A stretch of 63,796 nt of DNA, counting the filler, from Atractiella rhizophila (Eukaryota), in assembly GCA_021432655.1 (NCBI GenBank). It is 3 parts of 3 records of this genome, joined end to end, with 100 filler letters (N's around TTAATTAATTAA, not from the genome) between each part and the next. Parts side by side here need not be neighbours in the genome. Positions count along the whole stretch, not along the records: positions 1 to 30,236 come from MU271712.1; positions 30,337 to 60,556 come from MU271713.1; 1 more part is not named here. One strand, 5' to 3'. The position numbers and the translations under genes are program-made. A model generated the notes under the pieces. It saw only the letters and a list, made by a program, of their open reading frames with translations, did not search any database and was not told the origin of the DNA. How positions within the stretch are numbered: the first letter of the stretch is position 1; every line of letters starts with the position of its first letter. Shown piece by piece: positions 26,012 to 37,559 of this stretch.

Positions 26012-27954
26012 TCAACCCTGAATGAGTAGCTGTCCCGTCACGCCTTCATTCCTGTTGCTATCGACTAGATGAAACTTCTCCTGTCTCCCTTGAGCCCATT
26101 CCCACTTGCTTTTCTCGGAATTCCACATCACATCTTCTTCAGTGGGAAAAGTCACGTCTACTCCCCACTCTGGTACGTAGACTGTACTTGAGAGCTCAAT
26201 GGAGTACCACGAGTTCTGGAAAATCTTGAGGTCTCCAAGGTGTGGTACGCCATCTTGCAAGTTTGTCATCCCTGTCGCGCGCAAAATACATGTGAGTTTG
26301 CTCTACTTTCATAACAAAATAGATGGAATCAAACCAATTAATGACCCAGCGAAGTGTCCTCGATCACCTAATGATCTCATGAGGCCTCCAACCGCGAATT
26401 TGAGGAGAAACAGACCAATGGGATGACAATAAATGCTGCCCCTCCAGTCCCTCTCTTCCATCTTGTTCCTAACAATTTGGAGCACCTCGTTACCCGTTAA
26501 GTCAGTGCTCATAGTCTCCAATACTAGATCTTGCAGATCATTTGCACGGGACAAGCCTGCTAACAAGGAGGAGGGAACGGAAGTCTCGTTAGGCCGCAAA
26601 ACATCTGACAGAAACCTCAGATGAATCATGAGTAAACAAGTGACACTGAGCAAGCTCACATCCCTGTGTACCGCGTGAGCGTGACCTTGCGTAGCAAAGC
26701 GAAGGAAATCGCGTACTAAATGTTGTGTGTCCGTTGCGAGCGAGAAACCCCAGATTCCCATGCTGTTCAAATGATTCAGCTCTACGTCGAAGCAAGAAAA
26801 AACCATACTCAGTGTGCAGCATGTCACCTACGGTGAATGAGCGTGATTTGTCAGAGAACTGTAGGGAAAGAGAGCAGACCTTCTTGGATAACGACGTCAT
26901 CTTGCCAGGAAGTAAATCCTTGCCTCCAGACGCTCACCGAAGGATGGAACCACGTCGTCACTATCGCTAAACTTAAATTTCTGGATAGTCAGAGAAGCAA
27001 AATGGCAACCATTCTGCCACACGAGGTTGAGTCAGGTCTACTGGCGAGGAAACACTAACTAGATCCAGATATTTCTCCCGTAGCCACCAGACGATCTCGT
27101 CTGTGTTTGTCTTTCCAGGAATAATAATGTCGTTAGAGAAAGCTTCATCGATGATCTCCCAAATATTGTGCTATTCAACATCACTCTACGTCAACATCTT
27201 CTCCAAAGTCAGAAAAGAGAGATCTCGCCATCAGATGCCTGTAAACAGGCTTCATACCGTCTACCCTCCTCGCCGCGTATTCAATCGCAACGTTGGGTTC
27301 CCACACTGCCCTACTCCACCACTCCTCCCCTAGACCATCTCTCAGCATGTCTAACTCTCCAACGTGAAGTCCATCGCCAAAAGCGAGGGTGTGGTGTTTA
27401 TCCAGAGCGATCTTTGAAGGCTTGATAATTTCCAACTCCTTACGCACTTCATCGAAGAGTTCTTCTGGTTTATTGGATATGTGATAAATCGGTGAAGGAA
27501 GCGCAGAGGACTTGTGGAACAAAAGCAACGTTCGACGACGCGCCGCAAAAGTTGTGATCGGGTTGGAAAGGGACTGGAAGGCTGTGTCTTCAGCATATTC
27601 TCGTTGTGAGACCTTTGGATCGATGATTTAACTCCTTCAAGCGCAAAATTGGAAGGAACATACGATCCAGGCATCCACTAGCAAGTGCTGTGAGTGTCTA
27701 GCTGCTTGCATGCTCGGAGCAACTAGCAAAACTGACCGTCGTATTTTTCGAGCAGCTTAGGCACATAGGCCCATCTCTAAATTTTGCAAAACACCGTCAC
27801 TTTAAATCCTGAACATGCGAAGAGGGCAAACCTCAAGCTTCCATTCCTCCACGATCGCAGCTTGCTCTTTCAGTGGGGGGAAGGGTACGTAATCTTTGCG
27901 CGAGCTCCTTCCGAGCACAGCGGACACCAATAACGCCAACAAGGGAAAATACAT
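26012..27954 (-). CDS. Secreted M24-family metallopeptidase (Xaa-Pro dipeptidase/aminopeptidase P-like)
   Basis: Signal peptide [48 protein letters not shown] and FPTEED are pita-bread-fold metal-ligand motifs. Confidence 0.8.
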
Positions 27955-28097
27955 GTTTCCTGCCTTGCTCACATTCGTTGTTGCTATTTGATTTTGATTT
28001 GCAACCGAGAATATGAAATGGCGGTCGGATGTGCCAATGTTCTGCTGCGCACAAGAATTCCTTGTCCAGAAGGTGACTTGAATCGACCAGCATCACT

Positions 28098-28539
28098 ATG
28101 CGTATTACGGCAGTCGTACGACGTGGACGCGCAGCGTGGAAAGGTGCACAATTTATTCAGACTTTTTAACGAAGCGCTGATTCCTTTATGGTTTCTAGGG
28201 CCATACTTTACCACGTTCCCTTCTTTACAGGATGCCATAAAACACAATACCCCAATCCAAACTCAAGCTCGAAGTTGTACCATTCTACCAAACTTTGTGG
28301 GGTGCGTCTCTTTGTCCGAAGACAAAGATATAGAACGAAACATGTTACGGTGGAACAGGTTAAAATTCCTGGTTCATAATGGAAAGACCTACACACCTAT
28401 TCATGTGACCCCAGAGATGGTCGGACACAAGTTGGGAGAGTTCGCAGCGACACGGAAACCGTTTAAATTCAAGTAAGCTTCCATTTCTGCACAAGCAACA
28501 TGATTTATATGATGGGGTAGGCAAACTGCAAACAAGTAG
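28098..28539 (+). CDS. RSM19: Mitochondrial ribosomal protein S19 (uS19m)
   Basis: [51 protein letters not shown]. Confidence 0.95.
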
Positions 28540-28762
28540 AGAAAACCCATACCACTTGCATTTCGTATACTGCGCCCGTAATCCATTCACTCTTCCATTC
28601 TTGAAACGGCGCATGCCTCGTCTTCCCGCTTCGGTAAGAGGAGAGAAACACAAATGCTTTTATTTGCAAGGGACATAAGAGCTATCTATCGACAGTTATT
28701 TGTTGCGATTTGGCCGGTATTGAAATATTGACTTCCAAGGAAGTCACCCCAATTGATAATTT

Positions 28763-30236
28763 CTAAAGCAGGTAACCCAGCACCTTCTTTGCCTCTTCCA
28801 CGCCATCCACGCTCCACTCTGCCTCTGTCTTGTTCCTTCCATCGGCCACTTCCACACCAACAAACTTCCCTCCTCCTGCCTTCTTGACCAATTCATTCAA
28901 CTTTTCTCCCACTTGGCCGTCTCTGCCTACATACAGGACATTTCTTAGGTTTTGAGTTTTGGAGAGAGAATGGGAGAGGGCAATAGATCGGGAGCAGGAG
29001 GAGGGGATGATGAGAAATGAGGAGGTGCCCTGTACGATATGGAGGGAGTAGCGTTCGCCTATTGAATCCATGATACTAACGACAGACATCACTTTAGTTA
29101 TATTCTCTCCTGACCATGACGAACGAAAGGGGGACACACTGATTCTGACATTCGGCTGCCTGTCGTCGCCCCCACTCTGGATCGGCATCTTCATGTTGCG
29201 CGCTGGGATAACGCCAACAGATTGTCACTCCTCTCTCCTCTATGAAGGCACCAGGAGTACGTTCGGTATACTATCCCAGAGCCAGAGTTAGTTCAGACGG
29301 CAACCGTTGAAGAGAACGCACGTAGGTGAGAGATTCGAACGCCGCCCGTCGCCATTCGAGGTCGAGGTCTTCAGTCAACTGGATCCATTGACCGTTGGGA
29401 GGTTTCGCCTCGCATCCGTTATCCGCACTATTCTCATCGTCAACTCCAACTAATTAGAGGAAGAATAAGTGGGATTACACTATTCCGACGCCTTCTCCAA
29501 GATCCTCCACCTCTTGCCTTTTTTTCCCGCTCAATATCCACACTTCAGCCTTCTCTCTCAACCTCCCAATCAGCTCCCTCACGCCGTTCTCCAATTGAAA
29601 TCCTTTCTGCTTATTCCCAGCCGGATCATCCACAAACAAGGTCTCTTCGAAATCTAAAACAATAACCAGATCCCGATTTTCGCCCACGAGGCTCTGAATG
29701 AGATCCTGCGACGGAGCCGGTTTCGAGGGGGCGAGAGAGTGCCGATGGGAAAGGTGGGATTTGGACGTTTCGGAGAGCAAGGAGTGGGTCCAGTTTTGGG
29801 CTGATTGAGAGAGGACGTGTGAAGAGAGCTCCGTCCAGCGTCGCGTCGCTTCATCGGCCGGCATAGTAAGGGCCTGCTCGGTCATTCAAAGATTAGCTCT
29901 CATAATTGTGTTGGAGGTATGGAATGTATGGAGCAGACGAACCTCGTATATCGCACTAGACACCTCAGCCGTATCCCACGGGTTGACAGCGAGGCAGGAT
30001 CGGAAACCAGAGTAAGTATACGCTCCAGTGAACCTTTGTAGTGCCAGACATCAACTTGGGTACAACGCAAGGGTGGAAGCAGTACTCTGAGAGAATGAGC
30101 GGTCGATGAGTCTTATCCTGGCAAGCGACGTATTCGTGGGAGGACAAGTTCATTCCGTCTCTCAAACTGGTCACCAGGAACGCATCTGCAATAGTGAGGA
30201 GTGCGAGGTATTGGCTGAACCTGTTTCGTCATGGCA
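28763..30236 (-). CDS. Trehalose-6-phosphate synthase complex subunit (GT20 plus HAD-like domain), 5' part lost at the gap
   Basis: ADAFLVTSLRDGMNLSSHEYVACQ, PLILSE|FTG, VNPWDTAEV (GT20 C-terminus), then LDFEETL, VWILSG, LYVGRD (phosphatase-like domain). Confidence 0.85.
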
Positions 30237-30336
30237 NNNNNNNNNNNNNNNNNNNNNNNNNNNNNNNNNNNNNNNNNNNNTTAATTAATTAANNNNNNNN
30301 NNNNNNNNNNNNNNNNNNNNNNNNNNNNNNNNNNNN
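30237..30336. other. Artificial contig linker (N44-TTAATTAATTAA-N44)
   Basis: 100-nt spacer whose 12-mer places stop codons in all six frames. Confidence 0.98.
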
Positions 30337-31093
30337 TTGTTCCATTCTGCAGGGGCGAGGTTTGCTAAAGAGTCGGTCAATTTGTCGGCGTCCATAAAAC
30401 ACCATCCGAAACATTGAGAGAGCAGAAGTAATAGATAGCGCAAGTCGAACATGAGTTGAGCAGTTGACCCCAGAGAGACACAAAACACGCTGTGTAAGCC
30501 AGAATCAACATTGTCCAGTGTTTCAACCAACTCGAAGAAGATGTTTTCAATCGATTTGAGTAGGTTTGCATGCTTCTCGACCAGGCGTGGTGAAAACACT
30601 GAGGTCAGGACAGGTATTACTGGAACGAACATTTCCAGAAATGACGCAGGACAGACCCGAAGATCGCACAAATGGTGGTTTTACATGAATAGGCAGAACG
30701 CAGGAGGTTCATTGTCTGGGTTCATTGTACTTAGACAATTGACTGAACTAGGTTTCCAATGAAGAACAAAGGCAAAGAACAAAGCAGTCTCCGTTCAAGT
30801 TCATCACACCAAGAATCTAAAGCTAAGCTATTATACTGCAGACTTCCTTGACGAGCCTCCCAGCTTCCTTGTAAAATAAAATCGCAAAGGGCTAATTGTG
30901 ATTCAACATTCGTGAAACGAAAACGGATTACCTCAACCCATGGTGCAGAAAATATAACGGAGACTGCTACAAAGTTTATTAAAAATTGACCCCAGCGTGA
31001 GACATTCCAGTCCATTAACGTTCGTTGTAAAAATATCAACGCCGAATTAGGTTCCGAAACAGGTACAGAGATAAAATGCTGAACAAAGAACAT
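30337..31093 (-). CDS. Unknown protein family member (fragmented or possibly pseudogene), homolog of the 57954 gene
   Basis: SVFSPRLVEKHANLL..QLMFDLRYLLLLLSQCFGWCFMDADKL matches the 57954 ORF; upstream WVEVIRFRFTNVESQLALCDFIL matches a later part of that ORF. Truncated at the gap. Confidence 0.55.
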
Positions 31094-31685
31094 GCTGAAT
31101 ATCCATTTTCATCGGGACAAAGAGTGGGACAAAGAATCCAAAACTCAACCATAATACTCGTCCATCCAAAAGGCTGCTGCGCCCCAAGGTAAAGTGTCAG
31201 AACAGGATCAGAGGCTAAGAAGCACAGGTAGCACCCATCTATCCCAAGCTTGCGAAGTCAGTACCTTTTCCCCAGATGCCCGAACTTTACATTAATGAAC
31301 GGTAAGCAGAGGATGAAAGCTTTACGCTTCTATGACATTTGGGATCATGTTCCTTCAAACTCTGGCCGTTCTGGCGGTTGCTTGAAATTTGATTCTGACG
31401 GCCTCTCTTATGCCGATTACAGCACTCTGAAAGATCGTCAGGTGGACTGGCTTGTCAATTCATCGGATCTAAAAGGAATTCATTTCGAGAGGTCAGCCTG
31501 TTGCCGCGCTTTGGTGCTGTAGACCGGACTGTTTATCTGGGACTTGCATAGAGAGAATGGCAAGATCCTTCACGTTACGTTTTTGCTTGCGCGCCAAATC
31601 ACTTTCCAATGCTTTTGGGGATTTCAAGAATCGGCAAGTCGATACCAACTGGTTCCTCTCGACTCCTTTATGATCGGGTTTCTAG

Positions 31686-32783
31686 GATTTACCCCGCCTG
31701 ACCCAATTTTGTTCCGAACATTGGCAAATCGTTGCAACCCTCTCATCTGAGTTCCATGCCCTGAACCTGCCAACGCTGTGCCAGAGCCGTCTGAGGCGAT
31801 CGCGTTCGCTTTCCTCACTTGGACAGTTACAGTTAACGAGGGAAGGTCACTCAAAGAGGATCAACATCCAACACTGGCTCCCCACTACTTCGACAACGAA
31901 TTACATACGAGATATCCTCTTTCAAATCGAACATCTTCAGGAGATCAACCTGCGCGGGGGCTGCAGCATTTTTAGACTAGGAGATAGGGCTGTCAAGTGC
32001 ACCCTCAACTCTCAGAAAGCCCCTCTCGAAGCCTCAGCGATGGAGTTTGTCCGATCACAAACCACCATACCTATTCCTCGGGTGTACGCTGCCTTTGTCC
32101 ACGAGAACAATTCTTACATCGTCATGGATTTTGTGGAGAACGATGCGCTAGAATCCTTTTATCCGGACTATTTGAAAACCTCAGTTGCACCTGTACATGA
32201 GTTTGTTAATTTTCTGGTCGACTGTAAGAGGCAACTCGTGGAATTGGGACATTCTTATACCACAGACCCTCCATTTTGCTCTTGGTCAGGGGGAGCCTAT
32301 AACAACCGTGTTTTCGATCCTCCTTTGACACATATATTGCATCTTTACGAACAATTCCAAGATTTTTGGAAAGATCAGTGGGATCTACCGCACAACCCAA
32401 TGCCCAGTAGTCTTATCAAGTTTTCTACATCTCCACCTTCAGCAGTGCTCTGCCACGGTGATCTGGTTGCTGACAACGTCCTGGTTAAAGACGGAAAGGT
32501 TGTGGCAATTATTGACTGGGACACACTTGGATTTTATCCTCATTTTTGGGAAGCAGCTCAAGCAGTAAAACTCATGCTCAACAAGGACACCCCTGTTTTG
32601 ACGGCATTCGTGGATGATGCCTTGGATTCTCTGGAGGAACAGGAAATAAAGGATTGGGTCCAGGTTTGTCAGAAGGTAGTCTACGATCGAATGAGCTCTT
32701 GGCACGGGCGCAGGTATCAGGACGGTTGGATTCCTCGCTACACCGATCCCTCTTCCATAACACCACTTCACTTGTATTCATGA
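31686..32783 (+). CDS. Aminoglycoside phosphotransferase/choline kinase-like (APH) protein
   Basis: EASAMEFVRSQTTIPIPRVY, YIVMDFV, Brenner motif HGDLVADNVLV and IIDWD, YPHFWE. The frame stays open upstream to about 31686; the true start is uncertain. Confidence 0.85.
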   Translation, partial: DLPRLTQFCSEHWQIVATLSSEFHALNLPTLCQSRLRRSRSLSSLGQLQLTREGHSKRINIQHWLPTTSTTNYIRDILFQIEHLQEINLRGGCSIFRLGDRAVKCTLNSQKAPLEASAMEFVRSQTTIPIPRVYAAFVHENNSYIVMDFVENDALESFYPDYLKTSVAPVHEFVNFLVDCKRQLVELGHSYTTDPPFCSWSGGAYNNRVFDPPLTHILHLYEQFQDFWKDQWDLPHNPMPSSLIKFSTSPPSAVLCHGDLVADNVLVKDGKVVAIIDWDTLGFYPHFWEAAQAVKLMLNKDTPVLTAFVDDALDSLEEQEIKDWVQVCQKVVYDRMSSWHGRRYQDGWIPRYTDPSSITPLHLYS

Positions 32784-34253
32784 TAGTTCCGTTCTCCGGT
32801 GCATGGAATCTCATTTTGTTTAGAGATAATCATCATTCTGCTGGCAAACTAGAAGATCATCGGACTGTATACTGCTTGTTATTGCGATCTGAGGAGACAT
32901 CCCCTAGGAACATACAGACCCTTACCGCGTCTGCATGAGACCTACAGCCTGATCCTGAAGTCCTTGTGCACGTGATCAAGTTCAGCATCAGTGACTGCCT
33001 TATCGACGGAGGCCTGAGTAAAATAGCCAACCCGGACGGCATGGGCTAGAAGTTCTTTGATCCAGATCCGGCAATGGAAAACAGCTGGCTCTGGCCATGA
33101 CGGCCACACCACGTTCATCAAATTCAAACTCTCGACTGGCTGAAGAGGAGGGACGCGTTCGGCAAGGTCCGTCAGCTTGAGTCTGTCCTGCAGGCTTCCG
33201 AGGTGGAAGAACGTCAATGGGTAGGTCCCAGATTCTGGAGTGATGATTTTGGGAAATACTCCCTAGTTGGTATGATGATGTTCAGCTCCCCGATCCTGCA
33301 CGACGTGGAGCAAAGAGTAAGAAATAATGCGGCCTACTCGCCCCACTTCCCACACGACCGCCCAGTGAAAATTGTTGTCGACTCTCAAGTGAATGTCAAC
33401 TGAACCCTCTAGACCTTGGAGATGGCTAAGCAATCCTGGTGGCCGACGACTGGGGGTTCCATCGTTCTGACATCGTCTCTTGTTGGGGCTTGGAATCAAA
33501 TTAGGATTCTTGAACGGATCAGTGATCCAAGTGAGATCTTTCTTTGCCACCTGGAAAGAAAGGAGCTCTTGCGTGAAGCCCAGAAAGCTTGTGTACCTCG
33601 GATGGTGAGTACTATCAGTTGATAACTTGTATCCGAACTTCTAGGAAATGAGCCAGACTGGTTTTTGTGTTGATGAGGGCAATGAACCAAGTTGCCGTCA
33701 TTTATAGCTTCAGAGAGCCTAGTTATCACTACAGAAGCGAGAGACAAAGAGAACATGAAGGGAAAACGTTGCAAAACGACTGCAGAGCAAGGACGTCCAT
33801 TTTCGACGACCTCAGAGGGGCAAGTATGATGATTTGTTACAAGGTTGTCCTTTTCAAAGGCCCATGAAGACTACCAGTACAAGGTCGTCTTTTCCCACAG
33901 GCCGCGCATTGTGGATTGCCTTAGGCGATTACGTGCCAATATCTTGACAGCACAGACGGTGTCTACTATGTTTCTTTGTGGAAAGCTCGCACTATTTGCG
34001 AGAACAGGAAACTGAATACACGATGTTGCCGTTGCATGGGTTTTCACTTTGCAAATTCAGACAGAAATTTATACTCTTCGGCTTTAGACGTTGGGCAAGT
34101 CTCACCAACAGTCTTCATTCTAACCACACTTTCGTTGAGAACTTCAAAGCAAGTCTACCGCTACACTCTCTTGATATTAGAGAGTTGAGGAGTAACCTGC
34201 CAGCGGCAGTCTCCCACACAACGGCTTCGTGGAAGTTGTGAAAGAAGATACGC

Positions 34254-34437
34254 CGCAAACGTCATGGTACACAAGACACCAAAATTGTTCTCAACTCACA
34301 ACATAAACGGATCAGCTGAACTTGCACCTGAATATTGAATTTCAACGCAAACGTCATGGTACACAAGACACCAAAATTGTTCTCAACTCACAACATAAAC
34401 GGATCAGCTGAACTTGCACCTGAATATTGAATTTCAA
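34254..34437. repeat. Perfect 92-bp tandem duplication upstream of noxA
   Basis: CGCAAACGTCATGGTACAC...GAATATTGAATTTCAA at 34254-34345 and 34346-34437. Confidence 0.95.
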
Positions 34438-34882
34438 TCCACTCCTTCCGGTTTCTTTTCTTGAGCACTTTCGGTCATCCTTGTTGCTGGATCGGCGACG
34501 GCGCGTAGGCTACAAATGGTGTGATAGTATTGCCCAGACGTTTGGAGCGAGTGGCGAGAGGGATACGCATTGAAAGTATATGCTCTGAGTTGATAAAGTG
34601 CATCTGGTCGTTATGGGCTAATACGAATGGGATGAGGCCATCGGGAACCTACTCTTGAACCTTGTTCGTAGCCACATCGTGGGTTCCCCAAAACGACCGA
34701 CTTCTCGAATCTTTCGTTTCTTTTCACCCTTAGAGGCTTTCATTTCCTCAGTCAGTCTTAGCAGTCTCACAGAGCCGACTGGTCGGAATAGCTCTATCGA
34801 CAAGGCTGGACCATTCTTTTCAAGTCGTTCGTTCTCAACTCCAACTCAACTCGCACACCCGTCAAGATAGAAGATAACAGAC

Positions 34883-37121
34883 ATGGCATCTCGTCCAGTG
34901 GTCAAGGAACAGCCGTGGTACATCCGCGAATTCACAGGTCGCAAGCTCGCCTGGAACCTCTTCTACTATGCTGGCCACATCGCCATTTTCTCGTACGGAT
35001 GGTGGAAGCAGGCGTCAGACCCCAAGCTCGCTGGATTGAACACCCTCAAGTTTTCCGTGTGGTCATCCAGAGGCGCTGGACTCTGTTTGGGAGTCGACGG
35101 AGCCCTCATACTTATCCCGGTGCTGAGAAACATCGTGACCGCCGTCAGACCATCCCTTACTTGGTCCGTCTCTGTCATTCCATTTCATGCAGTTCGGGAA
35201 TGAGAGTAACGCGGGGGTATTGCAGGCTGTTCCCCGCCGATGAGAATTTATGGTTTCACAGACAGATCGCCTATTCCCTGCTCTTCTTCACCATCGTTCA
35301 TACCACCGTGCGCATTTCCCTTTGTTCCTTTCACGCCGAAATTCACAACTGACTCTGCCGCAGGCTCACTATGTCAATTTTATCAAGTAACGCCGTCATC
35401 TTTTTTTAGACGACGGCAAGCTCACAGTAGATTACAGCGTCGAGAGGACTCAAATCCGAAAAGAAACAGCATGGGAGATCCACTACACCATGCCGTACGT
35501 GCCTTTACCTCGTCACTTACCAACCATGATGTTGAATCATAATCACACAGAGGAGGATTTACCGGCCATGTCATGCTCGTAATCATGGTGCTGATGTACA
35601 CTGTGCGTCCTACTTCATTTCCCCTTGCCTACTGGACTTCCGATCGCTCACCGATTCGACGCACGGGATGCTAGACGGCACACCAAAAAATTCGGCAACA
35701 ATGTTTCGAGGCTTTCTGGTATACTCACCACCTCGCTTTCTTCTTCATGCTCGGACTCTACACCCATGCTACTGGTTGCTTCGTCCGTGGCGCGCTCCCT
35801 GGAGAACCAGTGGCTTGCCTTGGTTACTTTACTTGGCGGTTCACAACTTGGTGGGGTATCATCTACTTCTTCGAGAGAGTTTATCGTGTGGTACGCCTTC
35901 TATCTCGTTCGCTCAACCTGTGGTCTTATGAAATGATGTAATGATAACCAGATCCGATCGAGGAGGCAAACGAAGATGACTGGTGTCTTGATGCATCCTT
36001 CAGGAGCTATGGAGATTCGATTCGTCAAGCCCAGCATGAAGTACAAAGCTGGTCAATGGCTCTTCCTGAATGTTCCTGAAGTCTCGCACTGGCAATGGCA
36101 TCCCTTCACCAGTCAGTCTCTTTCACCTTTCTCCTTCATTGGCTTGGCTAAATCTCTCTTGTAACAGTCTCCTCCTCCCCTGATGATCCGTACATCAGCG
36201 TGCACATCCGTCAGGTCGGAGACTTCACCCGTGCTCTTGGAGAGAGGCTTGGAGCGACTGCTCAATTGGCCGCTTCCCTGACGGAGAATGCCAAGAAGGG
36301 TCTCTCCGAAAAGGGAAATGATTTCTACGACACCACCGGCGTGACTGGCCGTCCTCTCCCTGCCCTCAGAATTGACGGTCCTTTCGGCGCACCAGCAGAA
36401 GACGTGTTCAAGTACGAGGTCGCCATCCTTATCGGAGGTGGTATTGGTGTCACTCCCTTCGCCAGTATTTTGAAGAACATCTGGTACCGCCAACAGCAGA
36501 ACAGGTTGGGTGCGCTCAAACGTGTGGAGTTCGTTTGGGTCTGTTCGGATGCCGGCAGCTTCGAGTGGTTCCAGAGCTTGTTGAAACAACTCGAGGAAAA
36601 TCAGACCACGGAAAACTTTTTGAGGATCTCGATCTATTTGACCCAAAAGTTGAACGCTGATCAGATGTGCGTCCTCATCCCATTCCCCTTCCATGTTTTG
36701 TATTCATGTGGATGGAACAGTGCCAATCTCGCCATCAACGATGCCGGTCAGGAGTTCGACGCCCTCACTGCTCTCAAGAGCAGGACCCAATTCGGCCGTC
36801 CCGACTTCCCTCAGATGTTCACCGCTATTAGGACCGGCATTGAATCTGGCGCGTACTTGATGGGCAGGGAGAGCAGCCTGAAGACCAGAGTCGCAGTCTT
36901 CTTCTGTGGTCCTTCACCGTGCGTCCTACTCCTTACTGTTCATCGTGTTATTAATGTTGACGTCCTTCTTTCTCAATGGCTAGAATGGCGAAGAATATTA
37001 AGGCGTCCGCGAAGTGGGCGACAAACCCGAACGTCAACTTTTCGTTCCATAAGGAGCATTTCGTGCGTCTCTTCTCTTCTCCTGTTCTTCCTGTACCATA
37101 CTTAATGGTGGAAAGTAGTAA
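34883..37121 (+). CDS. noxA: NADPH oxidase A (gp91phox homolog)
   Basis: LNTLKFSVWSSRGAGL, DENLWFHRQIAY, FEAFWYTHHL, YKAGQWLFLNVPEVS..QWHPFT, IDGPFGAPAED, GGGIGVTPFASIL, VFFCGP, FHKEHF. No long NoxB-type N-terminal extension and no EF hands. Confidence 0.95.
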
Positions 37122-37559
37122 TTGCTCAACTGTGGATACCATATACCATCGCCCTTTGGAAGGTGTCGATAATGAGTCGTGGTTGTGGGGATGAGGGAAG
37201 CGATGCATTCATTAGGGGAAGTGTATTATCGAGAATTGAAAGATCGTTCGATGTCTCTAAGGCCTCGCTCTTTATTTGCATGCAGCCCCTATTCAAATAA
37301 GGAATTTAAGTCCAGCAAAAGCGAACCCTTCTGAGTTTCGTGTCGTCATGATGTTGACAACTTCACTCCATCCTACCAAGTCCTGTCAGTCAACTGAACC
37401 GTGCTTGAATGGGTCAATGCTATTCGACCCCGCCGTTGTCGATGGCACGGAAACTGAAAGTCTTGCCAAAGCAAGTATTTTATTATGCGCAGAAGTCCAT
37501 ATGTATGTCACAACCCCATGTGCTAAAAAGAACATAGCTTTTCTATACCGTACCGACAA

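Noticed and set aside
30281..30292. TTAATTAATTAA as a piggyBac target site or biological palindrome
   Set aside because: Centred in symmetrical N-runs and repeated at 60601; it is a synthetic linker.
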